DNA from: Myxococcota bacterium
Lineage (GTDB): Bacteria; Myxococcota_A; SURF-8
Direction of reading: 5' to 3'
Assembly: GCA_965140415.1 (NCBI GenBank)
Contig: OZ223209.1
Span: 2,912,001-2,976,000 of the forward strand
Length of the DNA: 64,000 nucleotides
Under the pieces are notes generated by a model. It searched no databases and was not told the DNA's origin. It saw only the letters and a list, made by a program, of their open reading frames with translations. Each line of letters opens with the position of its first letter. The first letter of the stretch is position 1. A program made the position numbers and the translations under genes. Below, piece after piece: positions 59,019 through 64,000 of the stretch.

Positions 59019-59711
59019 CTAGTGGTAACTTGCGTTGATTAATGCCATTAACACATTGCTCATGCCATGGTATAGAATCGGTGCTATCAACGAATTACGC
59101 TTGGCGCGCATCCAGCAGAACAACAGTGAGGGGAAAAAAACGGCCAGCCGGAAGGGCAGGGGAATACTGGCTAAATGTCCCAATGCAAAAAGAGCGGATG
59201 TGATAAAAAGCGCCTTGCCGAAATCTCCCCCAAGAATTTTAAAGGCAGCAGGCCAGCGGCGCGTGAAAACGGTTTGCATCCAGCCTCGATAGAAGAACTC
59301 CTCCGGCAGTGCAATAAACAGCGTTTGCTCCAGCCAGATCATGGCAAGATGCTTTTCCGGCAATGCGAATGAAAGCGAGCGATGATAGACCATTGTTTGC
59401 CAGAAATGATTTCCCAGTAAAAACAAGGGATAAGTTAACAGCATCCAGAAAGCGGCAAAGCCGATTTCCTTGTGCCAGTTTTTTAAATGAATGCCGTAGG
59501 CAGAAAGCGGTTGGCCATGTTTTTCACTGCGAATGACCGGCAAATACACCATGGCGGCCAGAACGAGAGAATAAGCGTATTCACGAAGAGGACCGGGAAG
59601 CAGATGCGCGGTAATCGCCACGGACAGGAAAATGCCGATATAACCAAGAAGAACTTCCTTGAATTCCGTATATTTGGGTTTTGTGATTTGTTCCGTTGCT
59701 TCAGTCTTCAC
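59019..59711 (-). CDS. CPBP (Abi/CAAX) glutamic intramembrane protease, myxosortase-like
   Basis: ALPEEFFYRG, FALGH, RLAVFFPSLLF and HGMSN; multiple transmembrane segments. Confidence 0.85.
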   Translation of the reverse strand: MKTEATEQITKPKYTEFKEVLLGYIGIFLSVAITAHLLPGPLREYAYSLVLAAMVYLPVIRSEKHGQPLSAYGIHLKNWHKEIGFAAFWMLLTYPLFLLGNHFWQTMVYHRSLSFALPEKHLAMIWLEQTLFIALPEEFFYRGWMQTVFTRRWPAAFKILGGDFGKALFITSALFALGHLASIPLPFRLAVFFPSLLFCWMRAKRNSLIAPILYHGMSNVLMALINASYH

Positions 59712-60525
59712 CTAGTACCTCATTCAAGCTTCCGGTTCGATATCCTTTCAGATCCAGGGTAATATACTTAAATCCGGCGTTTTCTCCAACTTCAATGACT
59801 TTTTCACGCAGCGACGATCGCAGGAAACGGTCCAATTCTTCCGATGAGGTTTCAATGCGCAGCACCGGATCGTGAAAACGAGCGCGAACCTGATTGAAGC
59901 CAAGTTCGTGAAGAGCGTGCTCGACCTGTTCGATGCGGGAAAGTCGTTCTGCGCTGACTTCAATTCCGTATGGAATTCTACTGGCGAGACATGCTGCGGC
60001 AGGCTTATCCCAGGTGACGAGGTTCATCTGCTTGGACAATTGCCGGATATCGGCTTTGGTCAGTCCGGCTTCTTGCAATGGATGACGGACACCGGCTTCC
60101 TGCGCTGCTCGGCTGCCCGGGCGATAATCGCTCAAGTCATCGACATTCAAGCCGTCGGCGATCCATTCCAAGCTGTGGGAGTCCGCCACCTGGCGGCATT
60201 GCTGAAAGAGAATCGTTTTGCAATGATAGCAGCGGTTGCGGTCGTTATTGCGATAGGCGGCGTTTTCCAGTTCCTGCGTAGGTGTTTCGATAAGGGGAAC
60301 GTTCAGGTTTCCGGCAAACTGAATGGCGCTTTCCCGTTCGGTTTGAGGCAGGGAAGCGGATACTCCTAGAAACAAGGCCGTTTTCCGGCCTAAAGCTTCC
60401 GCTGCTAACGCGGCAAGCAAACTGCTGTCCGTACCTCCTGAAAAAGCGATGAGCACCGAACCCATTTCTTTCAGGATGTCGATAACCTTTTGTTTCTTTT
60501 CTTCGATTATCGTTGCAGTTTGCAT
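59701..60525 (-). CDS. larE: ATP-dependent sulfur transferase LarE
   Basis: AFSGGTDS PP-loop, RCYHCK, DDLSDYRPG, WDKPAAACLASRIPYG and TLDLKGYRTGSLN. Confidence 0.92.
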   Translation of the reverse strand: MQTATIIEEKKQKVIDILKEMGSVLIAFSGGTDSSLLAALAAEALGRKTALFLGVSASLPQTERESAIQFAGNLNVPLIETPTQELENAAYRNNDRNRCYHCKTILFQQCRQVADSHSLEWIADGLNVDDLSDYRPGSRAAQEAGVRHPLQEAGLTKADIRQLSKQMNLVTWDKPAAACLASRIPYGIEVSAERLSRIEQVEHALHELGFNQVRARFHDPVLRIETSSEELDRFLRSSLREKVIEVGENAGFKYITLDLKGYRTGSLNEVLGED

Positions 60526-61553
60526 GGGTCCAATTCCTTCTTTTCAATCGGTTCCCAGGAAAACGTCCAGAATTCAGGTTTTTGCCCGGTGATTGTAACC
60601 GAAACCTGTAGCGCTTCCAGATCGAATTCCGCCTTCGGTTTGGTATACGCGCACAGTAACTTCTTCGCTCGCCGCCGGTTGCGTGGATTATCGCTGCCTT
60701 CCATCAGGATGACCGGCCCATTGAAGTTTTCAGGCATGATCAATACATGTTCGGTTTCCGCCAGCTCCATGAGTCGCGTGTTTTCCTTGTCGTCGCGACC
60801 GGCAATCAGTTTGCATTCGGAATCGAAGCGAAAATGACGTCCGATGCGCAGACGCTGAAAATCATGGCGGGTTACATGCTCTTTCCGCTCATATAGATCC
60901 CGTACGCGCATCGCGTAGCTGGGATCGGTCAAGACGCAGCCCGGACCACCCGATTGAATGCCGACAAGGCCATATTCTTTGGCCATTACCAGTTGTCGCT
61001 GACGGCTGCGCCCCTGGATATCCAAGAGCTTTTCACGATCGATCAGACCTTCTCGCTCCGGCTGCGTTTCCGGTAACAGTTTGGCGGACAAGGGGCGGAG
61101 CAGGATGTCTGTAACCTCTGCCTCACGCTCAATCAGGTGAATCTGATTCTTTAGCTGGCTCATGGGGCGCTGTCCGAGCACTTCACCCGTAACGATGAAA
61201 TCCGCGTTTTCTTCCTGCATGATGCGCTTTGCGGCTTGCAGAATATAAATTCTGCAATCAATACAAGGGTTTACTTCCGTTCCGTATCCATGTTTCGGGT
61301 ATTGCAGGACGGTGTTGAAATCTTCTCCTTTGTATTCGATGCGCAAAGGCAGACTGAGTTGATCGGCAGCCTGGGCTGCTCTGCCCGTTTCCACCGAATC
61401 CAGATCATCGAAAGGATTCACGAAATGCAACAGGATCGGTTGTACGCCTTGATCCAGCATCAATTTGACGGCAAGCACGGAATCGAGACCGCCGGAAAAA
61501 AGACAAATGGCTTTTGCAGTGGTTGTTCGTTCGTTTTTTTGTGTCTGAGCCAT
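60507..61553 (-). CDS. PP-loop tRNA sulfurtransferase-like protein (ThiI/MnmA-related)
   Basis: LFSGGLDS, NPCIDCR, TGEVLGQRPMSQ, LLRPLSAK, GCVLTDP and GRHFR. Confidence 0.8.
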   Translation of the reverse strand: MAQTQKNERTTTAKAICLFSGGLDSVLAVKLMLDQGVQPILLHFVNPFDDLDSVETGRAAQAADQLSLPLRIEYKGEDFNTVLQYPKHGYGTEVNPCIDCRIYILQAAKRIMQEENADFIVTGEVLGQRPMSQLKNQIHLIEREAEVTDILLRPLSAKLLPETQPEREGLIDREKLLDIQGRSRQRQLVMAKEYGLVGIQSGGPGCVLTDPSYAMRVRDLYERKEHVTRHDFQRLRIGRHFRFDSECKLIAGRDDKENTRLMELAETEHVLIMPENFNGPVILMEGSDNPRNRRRAKKLLCAYTKPKAEFDLEALQVSVTITGQKPEFWTFSWEPIEKKELDPCKLQR

Positions 61554-61720
61554 GAGATCCTTTGGTGGTTATGATAGTATTACTTCTTAACGCCTTGCTT
61601 TCAGGCAAGATAAAGTACCTATTTTGCAAGCTTGACGCAAGGCTTTTACACAGTTGCACCACGCCGGATCGCCTGGGATAATACGGATTTCTTTTCTTCC
61701 GATAGATGGAGATATGAATC

Positions 61721-64000
61721 GTGCAAGAAACGAAAATGCTTTTTGCAATTTCATTGAGTCTCATGCTGCTATTTGCTGCTTCGTTTTCGGCCTGTTCGGA
61801 TTCCGACGGAAATTCAGATCCGTCCACAGATGGTGACGGCGAACTGGGAGATTCCGAATTCCCCCAGCCTGGAGGATACTTTGCTTGCCCAATAGATCCG
61901 CAGGCGACGGGTGAACGTCCCGAGCATCCGCGCCCGGACTTTTGTCGGCAGTCCTGGAAAAACCTGAATGGCGATTGGCAGTTTGCATTCGATCCGCAAC
62001 AACAGGGCGAAGCGCAGGATTGGGTGAACGACGCATCCGCATTTCCTATGTCGATCCGAGTGCCTTTTTCCTGGCAGAGCGCATTATCGGGAATAGAAGA
62101 GCCGGATATATTGGGAGCGGCCTGGTATCGCAGAAATTTTACCGTTCCAGATGAATGGGATGGGCAGAGAATCGATCTGGTATTCGGTGCAGTCGATTGG
62201 GAAGCCACGGTCTGGATTAACGGCCAAGAGGCGTGCAGCCATGAAGGCGGCTATACCCCGTTCCGCTGCGATATCACCGAGTTTGTGGAAGACGAGTCCA
62301 ATGAACTTGTGCTTCGTGCATACGATCCAGGTGCGGATGCCGAGGTGCCTCATGGCAAGCAGGGCATTCCCTGGTATACGAATGTGGGCGGGATCTGGCA
62401 GACGGTCTACTTGGAGCCAAGACCGGAAATCGCCATTCAGTGGCTGGACTTTAAATCTCCTGTAACCTTCGATGCGGATGCATTGGCACTTGAACTTCAA
62501 TTGCTAGTAACTGGAAATGTTTCGGAAAACGTGGAGCTAGCGCTCGTTCGCGATGGCGAGCAGGACCCCGTCGCTTTACGTGATCTCGCACGAGAGAAGA
62601 CAGATGCAGGGATTATGTTAACCGCAATGCTGGATGTGGATGAAAACTGGCTATGGAGTCCCGAAAAGCCGAATCTAGTGCCATTGACTGTTTATGCTTG
62701 CGATGAAAAGGACTGCGACGGAGTTTCTTCCTATGCGGCGGTGAGAGTTGTGGAACGACGAAGTTTATCCGGAATCGACAATCCGGTGATCCATGTCAAC
62801 GGCAAACCGCAGTTTATCCGCACTCCGCTTGTACAAGGCTATCATCCGGAAGGACTGATGACCTACCCCAGCGAGCAGGTCATTATCGACGATCTGAGTG
62901 CAGCGAAGGAAATGGGTTTTAATGCGGTGCGATTGCATATCAAGCCTGAAGAACCGCTCGTTTTGTACCATTGCGACCGTTTGGGCTTGCTGGTGGATTA
63001 CGATATGGTCAACCTGGGTGTTTTTCCCACTGAAGCGGGCGACACGGAAGTGGGCAGAAAACGCTGGGAAGACACGGCCAGAGAACAGATGTTGAGAGAT
63101 CGACACCACCCCAGTATCATCTGGTGGACGTTGTTCAATGAAACCTGGGGTTTGACCAATGTCTTGCAAGGCTACGGAGAAGAACGCCAGCAATGGGTGC
63201 TTGAGCAGTTGAACTGGGTTCGGGAAATGGATCGCGACAGCCTGATGGAGGATATGTCTCCGACACAGGTGGCGATGGACCACGTCGAGACCGATCTGCT
63301 TAGCTGGCACTTTTACATTGGAGATTACAATACCGCCGTAGAGCATTTAGATGAAGTGGTTGCAGGCGCAAAGGTCGGATCGGATTATTTCTATACAGGT
63401 GGGAGAACCCAGCCGGAAGCCCTGCCGCTGATCAACACCGAGTTTGGTCCGTTTTCCTATGAACCGGTAACGCCCGCCTGGAAACGAGATCGGGATATCT
63501 CCGATTCGTTCCGTTGGCTGGTGCAGGAGTTGCGTGCAAGACCGGAAATATCCGGTTACGTGTTCACCGAATTGTACGATGTGGAATTCGAACACAACGG
63601 TTTAATGAATTACGACCGCAGCGAGAAAGAGAGCGGCTATCAAGACTTGATGGGCTGCGGAATTTCCGGTTTGCAACAGGATGTGTTTATTGGTGTGCAA
63701 GAAGCTCCATCCGTTTCCGTCGACCAAGGATCGATGCTGACCGTTCATCCGTGGGTTTCCACTTACCAGCCTGAAAATCTTCCTGCACAAGCAGAGTGGG
63801 AACTAGTGCGTTTCGATCCGGCAAATCAGGAGTATGTCAGTATTGAAAACGGGAATGTTGACATTTCTGCCAGTCAAGTCGGTCGAACCGATTTACAGGT
63901 TCTCAGCATTCAACTGCCATCGGATAAAGGACCGTTCGTATTGCGTTTGAAAGCTGGAGATGCCTGCAATTATGTGCCGATTATCATCGACACGGAGAAC
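61721..64000 (+). CDS. Glycoside hydrolase family 2 lipoprotein (3' end runs off the window)
   Basis: Manual translation from the GTG at 61721 (GGAG RBS): lipobox FSAC, EHPRPDF, NLNGDWQF, FGAVDW, HEGGYTPF, GIWQTVYL, GFNAVRLHIK, HPSIIWWTLFNETWG and PLINTEFG. It is missing from the ORF track because no stop codon lies in the window. Confidence 0.88.
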   Translation, partial: MQETKMLFAISLSLMLLFAASFSACSDSDGNSDPSTDGDGELGDSEFPQPGGYFACPIDPQATGERPEHPRPDFCRQSWKNLNGDWQFAFDPQQQGEAQDWVNDASAFPMSIRVPFSWQSALSGIEEPDILGAAWYRRNFTVPDEWDGQRIDLVFGAVDWEATVWINGQEACSHEGGYTPFRCDITEFVEDESNELVLRAYDPGADAEVPHGKQGIPWYTNVGGIWQTVYLEPRPEIAIQWLDFKSPVTFDADALALELQLLVTGNVSENVELALVRDGEQDPVALRDLAREKTDAGIMLTAMLDVDENWLWSPEKPNLVPLTVYACDEKDCDGVSSYAAVRVVERRSLSGIDNPVIHVNGKPQFIRTPLVQGYHPEGLMTYPSEQVIIDDLSAAKEMGFNAVRLHIKPEEPLVLYHCDRLGLLVDYDMVNLGVFPTEAGDTEVGRKRWEDTAREQMLRDRHHPSIIWWTLFNETWGLTNVLQGYGEERQQWVLEQLNWVREMDRDSLMEDMSPTQVAMDHVETDLLSWHFYIGDYNTAVEHLDEVVAGAKVGSDYFYTGGRTQPEALPLINTEFGPFSYEPVTPAWKRDRDISDSFRWLVQELRARPEISGYVFTELYDVEFEHNGLMNYDRSEKESGYQDLMGCGISGLQQDVFIGVQEAPSVSVDQGSMLTVHPWVSTYQPENLPAQAEWELVRFDPANQEYVSIENGNVDISASQVGRTDLQVLSIQLPSDKGPFVLRLKAGDACNYVPIIIDTEN

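Overview
This is a chromosomal window from a diderm (lpxB-bearing) bacterium. Its many Asp/Cys-rich surface lipoproteins and a myxosortase-like protease suggest a Myxococcota or related deltaproteobacterial lineage (inference). Housekeeping genes include mtaB (partial), pheS/pheT, pncB with a nicotinamidase, tRNA-Ala(CGC), a Zn/Mn ABC transporter, lpxB, arsC, tatC, larE and a PP-loop tRNA sulfurtransferase. Four accessory elements stand out. (1) A nine-gene anaerobic purine-degradation operon (ssnA, ygeY, hydantoinase, xdh Mo and 2Fe-2S subunits, ygeW). It lacks ygfK, dpaL/ygeX and carbamate kinase, and instead carries a DHOD-like flavoprotein with an altered active-site loop and two fold-type-II PLP enzymes. 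(2) A 1253-aa fusion of an unknown domain, a 2x[4Fe-4S] ferredoxin, a NodU/CmcH carbamoyltransferase and a radical SAM domain, divergent from a paralogous stand-alone radical SAM gene. This is the best candidate for an undescribed system. (3) Three paralogous giant lipoproteins with a conserved Ig-like base and different tips; two of them have Cys-rich stalks of very different length. Seven lipoproteins in the window share acidic DGD motifs. (4) A 164-bp MITE with terminal inverted repeats and a TTTA target-site duplication. All calls come from reading motifs by eye; no database searches were run.
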